A stretch of DNA of 64,000 bases from Octopus bimaculoides (Eukaryota): assembly GCF_001194135.2 (NCBI RefSeq), contig NC_068983.1, forward strand, positions 127,099,551-127,163,550. Direction: 5' to 3'. Positions within the stretch are counted from its first letter, which is position 1, and each line of letters begins with the position of its first letter. A model generated the notes under the pieces. It saw nothing but the letters and a program-made list of their open reading frames with translations. It ran no database searches and was not told the origin of the DNA. Shown here piece after piece: positions 1-12,929 of this stretch. The position numbers and the translations under genes were made by a program.

Positions 1-899
1 AAAATCAAAAATTAAGCAACACGAATTTCAAAGGTGATTGCATTACGCACCTTTCATGCTACTCCAATTTATTGAAGTAATGCGAGCATTACATTAAATG
101 CAATATGAAGAGCAATCTTCAGCTGCACGAAAATGCAAAAAATTACAGTAGAATAGACATATTATACATGTGGCACCATTTCAAATCCAAGTGGGAGAGA
201 GAATACATAAAAATCCAAGTGGGAGGAAGAATACATAAATCCATCTTGACATAGCCGAGTCTATCAGGCTAGTGATTGATTCTAGACAAAAGTTCTAACT
301 GTCTCAGATTTTATTGTTTTTTTATCTACTGGTGATAACATAAGGGACAATTACTTCTAAAGAAAGGGAAGGTGTAAGCAGTATGCATGGACAAGGCTAT
401 AAAATGTATTAGAATATAAAGGTTTCACTGGTCAGAGTAGTATCAGGTCATTTTACTACTATCAAAATGTTGAGGAATTAAAATCCTAGGTATATGGGTC
501 AAATAGGTTTTTTTCTTTTAGTCTGAATAGAATAACAGTATAGTGGTACAGATAACAATAATATTTTAACCAATGTTTTCACAATAAGAGGTATGTTAAT
601 AAAATAAATAAAATGAGATGTAATTATTTTCTACAAAAATCATGAAATAATGTCAGTATTGAATTCAGGGGCTCTAGATAGGGTGTAAAGTTTAAGGATA
701 TTAAGTATATTGGGTTCATGAAAACCATTTTGAATTATCTTAAAAAAAATATAGCTGAAAATAAGATAATGATACTATTTAGGAGACACATAGGTAAGCT
801 TTTTTCATATAATGTGAATAAAAAATAAAAATTATTATCGGATTTATATTAGTTTATAATAATGTGTTTACTAAGGTGTAAGTGACTGAAACTGTAAGG

Positions 900-1790
900 C
901 AAAGGTTTTCAGAGTACTTGTCAGAGAATTGCTCTATGCTGATGATGCTGACTTGCTGGCACACACAGAGAAAGATATGCAACATTTAATGGATAGATTT
1001 TCCACTGCATGTACATATTTTGGATTCACAGTAAGTCTGAGAAAAACCAAGGTAATGTTTACCCCCACACCTGGACAAATATATACTGAACCAAACATCT
1101 TTGTGAACGGAACAAGATTAGAAGTCATTGACACCTTTGTTTACCTTGGAACCACACTGTCAAGAGATGGTGGTCTTGATGCAGAAATATACCATCGAAT
1201 AGCGAAGGGAAGTGCTGCATTTGGAAAGCTTGAAAAGCGAGTATGGGCTGATAGAGATATCTCCCTGCAGACGAAAATCAGCATCTACAAAGCGTGTGTA
1301 TTGACTGCACTTCTTTATTCAGGCGAAACATGGACCACTTACAAGCGTCATGTAAAGATGCTAGAAAGGTTTCATCAAAAGTGTCTAAAACGCATCCTAG
1401 GAGTAAAATGGAAGGGTTTCGTAGCAGATACAGTGTTTTTGCGCAGGGCGCACTGTAGCTCAATTGAAAAAAATATTATCCTGGCTCAAATGAGATGGAC
1501 TGCGCATGTAATTAGAATGAAGGATGATCGTTTGCCGAAGCGCTTGTTTTATGGTGATCTCAGCTCTGGTGAGCGACCGCGGCAGAAACCGAGAAAGAGG
1601 TATAAAGATTGCATTAAACAAAACCTTAAAAAACTAGATAGTTATGAAAGTGCCTGTGAAGGAGATGTTCTGGATCGAAGCAAGTGGAGAGCTTTGTCAG
1701 GACGAGCTGTGATGTCTGGGAGGAAAAGATGTTTCAGCAACTTGAGCTTAAATGGGCCTGTCGAAAGGGAAAAATTGTAAACAATGGAGA
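900..1790 (+). mobile_element. 5'-truncated RTE-clade-like LINE, reverse transcriptase C-terminal half (degenerate)
   Basis: ORF 929-1780 starts at the RT catalytic motif (LYADDADLL), followed by SLRKTKVM, FVYLGTTLS, LLYSGETWT, MRWTAHVIRM..DRLPKRLFYG and RPRQKPRKRYKD..DRSKWR, the typical RTE-type RT/thumb region. A frameshift disrupts the 3' end. Confidence 0.9.
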
Positions 1791-1796
1791 GTATAG

Positions 1797-2080
1797 GTGT
1801 GTATTGTGTGTGATCGCGTTCTTCTGTCAAAAGCAGGATATGTGAATCACATGAAAACACATGAGGGTAGAAATTCCAGACACCCTAAATACCAACCGCC
1901 TTCTGCGACCTGTGGCATATGTCACAAGGTTTGTAAAACAATACCCGGACTTAAGAGACATATGCTGGTTCACAGAAGCGTTTCCTTAGAATTAGATACC
2001 AGCGGGCAAGGATCGAGAGGCCTGAGCATTTGTCATCTGTGCTGTAGACCTTGTCGCTCAGCAGCCGGACTTCAAATATT
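1797..2080 (+). pseudogene. C-terminal C2H2 zinc-finger module of the same LINE (2 intact fingers + 1 broken)
   Basis: CIVC-x12-H-x3-H (1800-1862) and CGIC-x12-H-x3-H (1911-1973). A third CHLC finger from 2031 lacks its histidines. The module lies directly after the RT ORF on the same strand. Confidence 0.8.
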
Positions 2081-2399
2081 TATCGAAACAAATACATAGA
2101 CACAGATAACATTATGTATGCATGCCCACATATAGATATGTGTGTAAGTAAGTGGAATTGAGTGATTAAATGGTGTCATTGAAATGTGTTTTGAATTGAA
2201 GTAAGCTTTAATAACTCTATTATACTGAGTATCCTGTTTTTTATATATTTCTCAGAAAGGGCTAACATAGTAGTTACTCCTAAATTTTCATTGGAAAACA
2301 GATATATTATGCATCTTGTACAAGTTGTCATATAATATTCAATATTCTACATTTACACCATATATGAAATTGAGATGATAGACGCAGAGACATTCATAC

Positions 2400-2690
2400 G
2401 CATATATCACACAAGCACACTAACACACGCACATACACACACTCACATACACAGAGATACAGAGAGAGACACACACAGACAACACTAGCACTCAGAGTAA
2501 CACACCCGCACACAAACACACACATATATGAATATATGTATATATTTATATAGAGGAATGTCTGTATGTAAGTTATACATGTGTATTTCTATATAATAAT
2601 TATACATAAATACATGAATACATAAATACACACGTACGTACATGCATACATACATACATACATACATACATACATACATACATACTTATA
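2400..2690. repeat. Compound (CA)n/(GA)n/(TA)n/(CATA)n microsatellite region
   Basis: Directly visible simple repeats. Confidence 0.9.
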
Positions 2691-2789
2691 TCATTATTAC
2701 TTTCTGACCGATTTGCATTTTATTTCATCATTCGGCCGTGTTTCACCCAGTGACTTAACGAACGTGTATATTAGACGGAGAGAAACTTC

Positions 2790-2900
2790 CTTAGAATGTG
2801 GGAGGTTGGTGAACAAAACATTAACCACTACCCTTCTTGACCATTCCCAGGAAACCTACAACAGGGATGGTTTTGATTTTTAATTGCCACGTCCTATATA
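2790..2900 (-). mobile_element. R4/Dong-like RLE-LINE remnant, part downstream of the mariner insertion
   Basis: Minus strand reads YRTWQLKIKTIPVV-GFLGMVKKG, matching the restriction-like endonuclease C-terminus (MWxLKTxTIPVVVGALGMIKKG). Confidence 0.75.
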
Positions 2901-4246
2901 TGAGGATGTACCCAACAGAAATCGGAATTTTGCAAAATCCTTTTACATTTTATTTACTTAGTTTTACATGTTTACACAATCATCGCATTCAAAGTATTCT
3001 CCATTCGAAGCAATGCATCGTTCGAGGCTCATTTGTCGCTGTTCGAATCTGTCCTGGAACTCCTGCGAAGTGGTGCCTTTTAACACCTCCAGCGTTTCTT
3101 TTATTCACTTGCTCCACATTTGCAAAATATTTCCCTTCAAGGAATTTTTTCATTCGGTGGGACAAATAGAATTTATTCAGAGCAAGATCGGTAGAATAGG
3201 GAGGGAGGGTAGGCGGGGTAATGCCATTTTTTGTCACAAACAGTCTCACACTGAACGTGGTGAGCGCAGGTGCATTGTCGTGATGAATCCGCCACTATCC
3301 ACTTTGCCACAGGTCAATGTGTTTTCATCCTGCAACGTCTCGATGACGCTTCAGAATTTCCTGATAAAATGTCTGGTTAAGAGTTTGACTAGAAGGAACA
3401 AATTCTGCGTGCACAATTGCTTTCGCATCGATGAAACAAATAAGCAGCGTCTTGACAATGGATTTCACTTGACACGCTTTTGCGGGGCGTGGTGAGATTG
3501 AATTCTTCCATAGATGTGCTTGCTACTTCGTTTCCGGGGCCGTAGACTTAGTACCAGCTTACCTCGCCAGGAATGATCTTCAAAAAAGATCTTCACCAGT
3601 GATGATCTTCCGGATCAACTTCCAACTGTTATTTCAGTTCACAACGCGCATTCAGTCGCGACTGCTTTTGCTCTTCCTTGAGTAAGTTAGGCACAACTTT
3701 TACTTCAACCCATTTCATTCGCAATCCTTCGCTCAAAATTGTTCGGAGAAGCTCCAGAACACACCAGCCATATCAACAAGTTTGTGAACTGTTCGTGGAC
3801 GGTTCCCCAAGATGAGTTTTCCGAATTTTCATGATGTTTTCTTTCGTTCGGGAGGTTGACTGTTACTCTGACGGAGGTTGGTCTTCAAGAAGACAAGTGA
3901 CCAGTCCCAAAGAGCAAAAACTACTAGTAAACTTGTGTTTTCTTCGTGGCAGCGTCATTGTATGGTGTTTGAAGCATGACAACTTTCTAGCCGCCGTTTT
4001 TCTCAGAAGAAAGTAGAATATCACGGGAAAACGTTGTTCCTTTGTTTCAGCCAATGCAAAAATCGACGAACATGGGAGAATCATACAAAACACAGAGGTA
4101 CAACTTGGCAGTACAACTCCAATCGAAGACGACAGACGGCAGACTGATATCTGAGAGATGTATCAAGTGGTTATTAACTGCAGAAGCCTGAACTATTACA
4201 AGCTTGTCCTACAGAACATTTCCGGTTACTTTTGGGTACACCCTCG
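2901..4246 (-). mobile_element. Full-length but decayed mariner (Tc1/mariner) DNA transposon, 1346 bp
   Basis: Imperfect TIRs TGAGGATGTACCCAACAGAAATCGGAA (from 2901) and reverse complement CGAGGGTGTACCCAAAAGTAACCGGAA (ending 4246), 22/27 identical. TA on both flanks (2899-2900, 4247-4248). Minus-strand transposase remnants EQRFPVIFYFLLRKTAA and LPPYSTDLALNKFYLSHRMKKFLEGKYFANVEQV (YSPDLAP-like), with stops and frameshifts. Confidence 0.92.
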
Positions 4247-4720
4247 TATCTCAATCCTTAAATTCCAACAGTTTGTTTTCAAATTCCTTTGCTCGGATGT
4301 TTCTATCTGTAGGCCTTATCATCCCAATTAATAGATATGTTTTTTGTCCTAGACCTGTGATGATGATTTAACATTTAGTATTTATTTGCCTGTCTATTTG
4401 TATCGCATAATCCCATAACATGGTAACAATATCGCCCTCAGTTACTGGATCTGGATGGTGTTCATACCAGTTGTTAGGTGCGGTATATTATAGTGACGGC
4501 ATACACTTCAGTGCAAGTATTGGCCAATTCGATCATGCCTGATTTTATACTTTGAAGAAGCAAGGACTGAGAAACCAGCAACAATGCGATCAATACTCTC
4601 CAGTTTATCATTTTGTCTACTTCATTGTGTGTGACCTTTTGTTAAAACTTTCGAGTGAGGAGAATCTGATCTTGTGTCACTAGAATAAATCGTATCGTTC
4701 TGTTTCGGTTATGCGTTAAT
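4247..4720 (-). mobile_element. R4/Dong-like RLE-LINE remnant, part upstream of the mariner insertion
   Basis: Minus strand reads ESIDRIVAGFSVLASSKYKIRHDRIGQYLH..WYEHHPDPVTEGDIVTMLWDYAIQIDRQI..RPTDRNIRAKEFENKL: zinc-knuckle remnant, RHD motif and PD..D nuclease region. Confidence 0.85.
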
Positions 4721-4918
4721 GAAAAAATAAAAGTCGATAGATATGATAGGTTAGCTTGGGAGGTTAAGCAGTTGTGGTCACTGAAAAAAGGTGGTGGTTG
4801 TAGTATCAATAATTGTCGGAGCCCTGGGAACAGTGCTCGAAAAATAAGGAGTGTTACCTTAATTCACTGATAGTGAACAGGTGGCCCCGTAGTACATCTC
4901 CAGCGTTAGAGCCTGTGC

Positions 4919-4962
<44 letters not shown>
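4700..4962 (+). mobile_element. 3' end of a second RLE-LINE family with (AAT)n tail
   Basis: Plus strand reads KVDRYDRLAWEVKQLWSLKKVVVVVSIIVGALGTV, then a degenerate end and (AAT)n at 4919-4962. Confidence 0.7.
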
Positions 4963-4963
<1 letters not shown>

Positions 4964-5140
4964 TTATCCTAAAGGCAGAGGGCCTGAAACTTGGGGTAGG
5001 GACTAGTCGATTATATCGACCCCAGTGTTTCACTGGTACTTCATTTATCGACCCCGAAACGATAAAAGGTACAGCCGACCTCGGCGGAATTTGAACTCAG
5101 AACGTCAAGGCGAACATATAGTTGCTAATGTTCTCTGCTA
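4963..5140 (-). mobile_element. tRNA-derived SINE, family 1 (GCCTTTCATCCTTTCGGGGTCGATAAA-type body, recalls Meta-domain SINEs)
   Basis: Minus strand has B-box GTTCAAATTCC, then GCCGAGGTCG..TTTCGGGGTCGATAAATGAAGTACCAG and a (TTA)n tail. Related copies recur in the window. The domain name is from memory only. Confidence 0.8.
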
Positions 5141-5964
5141 CCCATGTAGTCGCAAATATAGAAATGATTAATCCAATACAAAGAATATTCAATGCATGAG
5201 ACAAACTGACGTAGTGACCGTAACACACGGGTCGCATTGTAATTGATTCAGGTATAATGTTGAAGTAATAAGTTTACATAAGCAGGATCGAACTCAGAAC
5301 GAGAAAGTATACCTAAGAACTTTTGTACGAGGCTCCAACGCATCTGCCACATCCTCGGCATTTATTTCCATGTAAGTAGGTGTTATATGAAAAGAAATGA
5401 TGTTCATTTATTTGTGTTTATGATATGGCTCGAGATATTTCTGAAGCAGAAATAAATGCATGTGAATAGATAGTTTGTGATATGTAGCTCACTCAGGCAG
5501 TAAAGTCTACTTAATCAGAAACAATATATAGATACATATGTTGCGTAAGTCAACGACTGCTTATTGAAATGAACTTTCATGAAGGAATTCTTCTTTAGTA
5601 TTTATATTCTGCAAAGTTAATAGATCCGATTATGATAACAATCCTTGATTCAACTGAAATAGACAGTCAGTCATGTAGTAAATAGCGAAACCGAGACTAA
5701 TGATGCAAGCAGAATTGCTAGTCGTCTTGTTTCTGAAAGTTTTAACTGTATTTTGGTTTCACTATACACGCCACCACTATTTATTAATTCTGCATGTATT
5801 TTTGCTCTGCGTTTGTAATATTTATTCTTTTCCTTGTAATTCTACTTGCTTCAAATGAAAGAAAATACGTTTACTGATAATAGTATGATGTTAGATTGTA
5901 TAATATACCGGAATCAACACGCAATATATTACTATATATTCATATTCGATAGCCTCATGCATAT

Positions 5965-5983
5965 TTATATATACATACATACA

Positions 5984-6061
<78 letters not shown>

Positions 6062-6125
6062 CATACATACATACATACATACATACACACACACCCACAC
6101 ACACACACACACATATATACATGTG
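5965..6125. repeat. (CATA)n-(TA)n-(CATA)n-(CA)n compound microsatellite
   Basis: Directly visible. Confidence 0.95.
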
Positions 6126-8979
6126 CACTTACACACGCGTATGCAACGCACATTTACATACATGAATAAAAGTATTTAGATACGTTCTTATGAATTTGCA
6201 AAGAAGGAGAAACAATCAAAATAGAATTATATTCCACTTAATCCTGTCGCTCTGTTATCAAAACAAAACCTATTAAGATCGACTTGCCTTGGTCATTTGG
6301 AAAGCATTACTGGGTCAGGCAATGGCAGTATAGCAAAGATCATCGCTGGCACAGTGTAGCTCCCTAAGTCGTCTAATGTTACGGTGTTTTACTATAGGAA
6401 CAAGGGTATAACGTTAGATATTTTAGTTGTCATTTGTAACCTGTTTGTTGACCGAGTGAACTTAGGCACCAGGGTCGCTGAATGAAGTGTGACTTTCTTG
6501 TGCGAAGCATAGTTACGTTTTGAAGGAATTTAGCTAATGTTCCACGTTAATACATGCATATTAAATTTTTCAGGATTTTTAGAGTCTCAAATTAATGAAT
6601 TCAAATTTGTTCACCTTTCTTGACACTACACCGATAGTTCTCTAAACACATTTACTGAATATACTAAATTTACTGAATATACTACCCGCTACCTGATACT
6701 GGATTTATAAACCAACATGAAATATCCAAAAAAAAAAAACCGACTATAATCGGCAATGTATACGTATGGCCGAATTCCGCCCACAATATTCACAAGGCTG
6801 GCCATGTTGAATATGTGCTTATACTTTGCAGAAAGTGGACTTCTTAATTTCTCTCAGCACAGAAAAGTAATTAATAGAATCCTGAAGAAGGTATTACCGA
6901 AATTCAATACTCGAATAATCGAATAATCGAATCTGTATTTTTCCATGACTGCTGGGAGAACCGGGGTGTATTCATGTAATGTAGTTTTGCACCGTAGTTA
7001 ATCTATACTAATTTAATATATGTTAGTAACATTGTCTTGAAATAATATATTGTATACGCTGCATTGATTCCCAAGCTTTATTCATGTGTGTTCATACCAA
7101 TAGGTAAACATATACACATTCATACCATCATATATATATATATACATATATATACATACATATATATATATATATATANNNNNNNNNNNNNNNNNNNNNN
7201 NNNNNNNNNNNNNNNNNNNNNNNNNNNNNNNNNNNNNNNNNNNNNNNNNNNNNNNNNNNNNNNNNNNNNNNNNNNNNNNNNNNNNNNNNNNNNNNNNNNN
7301 NNNNNNNNNNNNNNNNNNNNNNNNNNNNNNNNNNNNNNNNNNNNNNNNNNNNNNNNNNNNNNNNNNNNNNNNNNNNNNNNNNNNNNNNNNNNNNNNNNNN
7401 NNNNNNNNNNNNNNNNNNNNNNNNNNNNATATATATATATGCAAACGTGTATATGTGTGTGTTTGTGCGTGTGTGCCTGTGGTTGGGTGGTGCTGAATCT
7501 GTGCAATGTTTCGTGCGCCTATAAATTATTGACAATTATTATCAGCCTAAAACGTGGAAGTTACTGTATAAATTATTGAATAAAACTTATGCCGTGAACT
7601 ACAATATGATAACCTGGAGCATTTCACATTAATATATTGTAAACATTCGTTCATGAATAATTATATTTGTAGTCTCTATAGGCAAACTCTCTCACATAAA
7701 ACAAGGTTACAAGATATCAAACATTATCGCATCAGTTATCCCTAATATTACCCAAATGCAATCACCTAAGTGGGTTTCCCGTTGTTAAATGGGCGAACGG
7801 GAAGACTTACAACGAACATGATGCTTAAATAAAGCGAACTATTTCTAACATATCCATTGATGTTAGATCCATCAAAACTCATTGTTTTTCTTTCTCAAAA
7901 TAAAGAAATAATGAAGCAATGAAATAGGCCAACTGGAGAAATAACAGCCATCATATAATTTCAAATTCGACCTATTCAAACAATAAACGTTTTTTACTGG
8001 TTTAATTCTGAAGGTTTATCAACAAGTTGTTATACGTAAAGTACCCAAATTAAGATAGCTAAATATCACAGGAGTTACTAGAAACTCAATTCATGTAGCA
8101 TTCCACGGATTATTTTGTCTCAGGCATGCAAATAATCCCCGAAACTAAAATCTGAATACAATATATCATAGGTCTGATTTAGAAAGGCGGCACTTCGAGT
8201 TAAACAGCAACAGTAATTCGATTACAATTTTGTACATAAATAAAGAACAATAACATCAGTGGTTACTTCCGAATGATTTATTTAATCTCTCGTAATTTGT
8301 CTCTACTCCTATCTACGAAATATATTGGATTTTTTGTGGGTAGGTGACACATTTTAAAACGAAAATATCTATTGCAAGGTATATACTTCTCATTTTTTGA
8401 GAAGCTAAAATCTGCTGAAAGTCGTTTAATCACCGAGCAATATTGAGGCATAGCCATTTCTCCATTGAAGCCTTATTTTAAAGAAATACGGATCGGAGTT
8501 TTGAATGATTGACTGATAGTTCAATGCCAATATAAATATTCTATGGCTAAGTATATTTCAACAGATTTCACCGATTATATACCTTATAGAGATAAAGGTA
8601 ATCTGGGAAAAATCTAATTTGTCAATGCCAGTTTGTACACATTATATAAAAATAGATGTTTCAAATATGCAACATGCTGTCATTAGCAAATAGGCCTAAC
8701 AAAGCTGTGTACGGTCTCTTCTAATGTAAGCAAAGACAAGATTGAATCTTAGTTTTTATAGTTGAAATTTAAGATAAAATATTTGATAAATTTGTATGCG
8801 TATCCATGCATATGGGTATATATGCGCAACAACATATTTATGTGAATATGAGAATATATTCTTTTGCATATTTTAAATTTTAACCCGGATTTTGTCTTCT
8901 TAACGCTTCAATAATTTTTTATAGATCATACCAAAGGATACTGAATTGCATCTATATGTACGCGTGGATTTTTACGAGT

Positions 8980-9090
<111 letters not shown>

Positions 9091-9227
9091 CCTATATTTT
9101 TGTTTTAATTGACTTATCTCAAATGAGGGTACAGTGCAATGTATGCATCAGTGTGTCTCTCTGTTGCTTTTACACAATCAGCCACTGAGTCACTATCTCC
9201 CTCCCAGGATCCCCTTCTCTTTCTTTC

Positions 9228-9267
<40 letters not shown>

Positions 9268-10629
9268 TACACATCAATCATGTGTCTGTATATATATAAA
9301 TATATATGTATGTATATATATNNNNNNNNNNNNNNNNNNNNNNNNNNNNNNNNNNNNNNNNNNNNNNNNNNNNNNNNNNNNNNNNNNNNNNNNNNNNNNN
9401 NNNNNNNNNNNNNNNNNNNNNNNNNNNNNNNNNNNNNNNNNNNNNNNNNNNNNNNNNNNNNNNNNNNNNNNNNNNNNNNNNNNNNNNNNNNNNNNNNNNN
9501 NNNNNNNNNNNNNNNNNNNNNNNNNNNNNNNNNNNNNNNNNNNNNNNNNNNNNNNNNNNNNNNNNNNNNNNNNNNNNNNNNNNNNNNNNNNNNNNNNTAT
9601 ATATATATATATATATATGGGTATGCGTCTACACATGCACGCATACAAACCTCTACGCACACATGCATATACATAAATATAGATTTTTGTGTATATATTT
9701 TTGTTCTATTTTATATTCATATAAAAGTGCGTGTTTCTGTAGAGGCTTAACACCACTCTATGAATATGTATTGGTAGATTGAAGTAGATATACAATGATT
9801 GATGTGAGGGCGCTTTGAAGTATGATTGAGAAAATCTTCGATTATATCTCTATTAATGGAGACATCTTTTAGCAGCTGAATCATTTCCTGGCCTATTATT
9901 GATATTCTATATATCAATAGATTGACGTGTAGCCTGGATATAATAGGATTTATCTATGTAAACCTTGATTTTTGTGTTAAGGAAACCGGAGTAGAAAAGA
10001 CTTTTAACAATAGACTTATAAAATATTCCTTGTCTCCGATATATCATAGAATACAGATAAGAGCCAAGGTGCAGTTAGTTATATGCTCACTCGACCTACT
10101 AGCAAAAGAGCAGTGAAATTTCCCTTAACTTACGCCTTAAAGTATAATCAAAGCACAGGTTTGCTTACGTAGTTATAGATACACTAATATTGAAATGCCG
10201 ATAGGATGATCGCAAACAGAATGCGTTTCCTCCGTATGTATGCTCCATCACATATATCTTGGATCCAAACAGTAAAAATAATAATAGAAATGTAGAATAT
10301 GTTGACCTAAAATATTTATACATATTCACCATGACAACTATAATTTCATTTCGTTATGTATTATTGCAACTAAGTATAATACTTATATTTTACAATATAC
10401 GAAGGTTCTCACATGATTTGAACCTAGAAGATGAAGATATTGCACACAACGGTGTTAGTAAGTTACTTTAGTCACATATGTAACTTCCTCCAAGAAATAT
10501 ATATTTCACCTCCTCAGAAATACTCGAAGGTGGAAAAGAATTCAGAAACGAAATATTCTACTTTCGAAATATCTTTTACACAATATTCATACGGAAAACT
10601 TAGGCTCTCCATCAATCGACGCCAGAATT

Positions 10630-10820
10630 GACATGAACATGGCTGGGCATTCCTGTGACAAATGTATGCTTAATGTGCAACCCACCCGATAGTTTTCTAT
10701 AGAGTCTCCTCCCCACACAGACTATGGGTAGGTAGGTGATTGAGAAAATAGTGCTTGCACAAAAATCCACGTTGTGGGATTGAATCCAATACCACGTGGA
10801 AACGGAACCTCACTTTATAC
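10630..10820 (-). mobile_element. Degenerate tRNA-headed SINE remnant
   Basis: Plus-strand GGGATTGAATCC is a reverse-complement B-box-like motif, and the body resembles cephalopod SINE sequence. Confidence 0.4.
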
Positions 10821-10859
10821 ACACGCACAAACACACACATACATATGTATATGTAGATA

Positions 10860-12819
10860 CTAGCTGGTGTATCCGGTAATTCCCGGGAGTAGAGATGTTC
10901 TATTGAAACGACTTATTACTCTGATATAAGAAAGCAATTTCGTTATAACTGCCACAAAAGATGTATTTTCCGTCGCGAAAAAGTACAAGAATCTGTCAGC
11001 TGTAGAAGGGAGAAATTGTTGGAAGTTCGCAAGAATGTACTCTGACTCGTCGTGGCATTCTAAATGTGAACTTTATGAAGAAGGCTAATTTATTAAAGAT
11101 AATGTATAAATGTAGTATATATGTATATAAATATATAAATGAAGTGTTTAATGTTTGACAATGAAATGAAAAAAGTGCAATAATAACGCTCACACTCACT
11201 GATGGTCGCTTTCATTAACTGCCTTTAGCTTACGGAGTTCTTGTTTTTATAACTATCGAAAAGCAGCCAGAAGGATAGGCATATTGTTGACAACAAATGA
11301 TATCGTTGGAGGTCTGTTATCTCCATTCCAGATCCTGGTGGCCTAGAACATATTAGAAGGGTCAAGTGGCAAAGACATTATTCTGCTTAGCGAAAGCATC
11401 TGGGAAATATATAACTGCTATTATTCACAGAAAAATTATTGTTTTACCGAGAGAAAAGCACAGTTGAGGTGTTAAGTAAAATTTGGCAATCGAGGATCGA
11501 ATTCACGCTATGCCTGTATGAAGCCACTACAAATACGTTGTAGAATAAAAAGATTATCTACTGTCGTGAAAGAAGACTAACTTTAAAAATGCAGAGTTAT
11601 CGGTGTAATGGGCATTAAAATAAGTATGAATGTATAGAAACGTATGAATAAAGTTTTTAAGGTTTACGATTCAAATCAAAGAACTGCAATAAGAATGTTG
11701 AGTAGTTCAAAACTGAGTAGTGAAATGCAGAATTTGGTCGGCTGATCGTGAGAATCAAATATTGATCGCTTCACTAAAAACTGCAGGTTCTATGGGTTAT
11801 TTCCCTTTGGTTGTTTAAATAATATATTAGTAATATGTAGTAGATATAAGGAACCATAGGAGAGGCACTATTATCGAGTCTTTCAACGATCTTAGTATGT
11901 CACGAGGTTTCCACACGTGAGTTCTACTCACGTGTCAAAAAAGTATAAAAGTGATATTGTCTGCAAAAATTAGAAATTGGACAAACAAAAAGTAAATCAA
12001 TAATCGAAACAATCGAACATAAACAAACGAACTGTAAAATATTTCTATATTCGATGGTTTAATGAAAATGTATGAACTATAAATAAGCAATAAATATTAT
12101 GATTTGTAAAATAAGTAAAAGTGATACAGTGTGTCCCAACTGAATGTGCTGTAGAAGTTTAGTTTCATTTTTTAAGAATTTTAAACATTCAAAGTATGAG
12201 TTCATAGTATAGGGACACACTTATTAAATTCGTTCTGAAAAAAAAAAAATCATGTACTATCATCGAAGAATTTTAACTGGAAAAATGCAGAATTATCGGA
12301 GTTATGGGTAATGAAAATGTACATGCATCACGAAAAGTGCAGCAATAAGGTTTAGAAGTAAAAATTTGTGAGTAGTGAAATGCAGAATTCAGTACGCTGA
12401 ATCTGGAATGAAAATTTTATGTACTGGAAACATGCAGAATTATTTGAGTTATGGGCACTGAAAGTGTACATGCACCAAGAAAGTGCAATAATAAGATTTA
12501 GCAGTTGAAAACTGTGAGTAGTTTCGCTAAACACAAACAACTCTAAGTGCAGGTACTATGGGTTATTTCCCTTGAGTGTTTAAAAAATATTGTGCAGGTG
12601 CTATGGTTTTTTTGCCGTTTGATGTTTAAACAAATTACTTATATGCGGTAGACATAAAGATCCCTAGCAGGGCCCGTATTATCGATTTTATTGCAACAAT
12701 CTTAGTATGTCACGATGTTTCCAGACCTGAGTTCTACTCACGAGTCAATTTTCATGAGAATCAATAGAACGACGTAGGATGAGTTAGCTAACAACGCCAC
12801 AAGCACACACCCATTTTCT

Positions 12820-12854
<35 letters not shown>

Positions 12855-12866
12855 CGTTATATAAGA
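10860..12866 (-). mobile_element. Non-autonomous Helitron-like element (~2 kb) with internal duplications
   Basis: Minus-strand 3' end is hairpin CCGG-GAATTA-CCGG, spacer, CTAG|T (10860). The putative 5' end ATTCTTATATAA is followed by (TA)n/(TG)n, the same layout as 57230-58152, but the 5' end is imperfect. Confidence 0.6.
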
Positions 12867-12929
12867 ATCTCTTTTGCAGTAGTCGGCGCTGTGTCTAACA
12901 CGACCCATAATCTGATATGTTGACACCTC

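Noticed and set aside
6872-6935. Hammerhead-like CTGAAGA-A-GGT(ATT)ACC-GAAA followed by TTC..GAAT
   Set aside because: The core and a tiny stem II are present, but I could not form stem I around any NUH triplet. Chance or too decayed to call.
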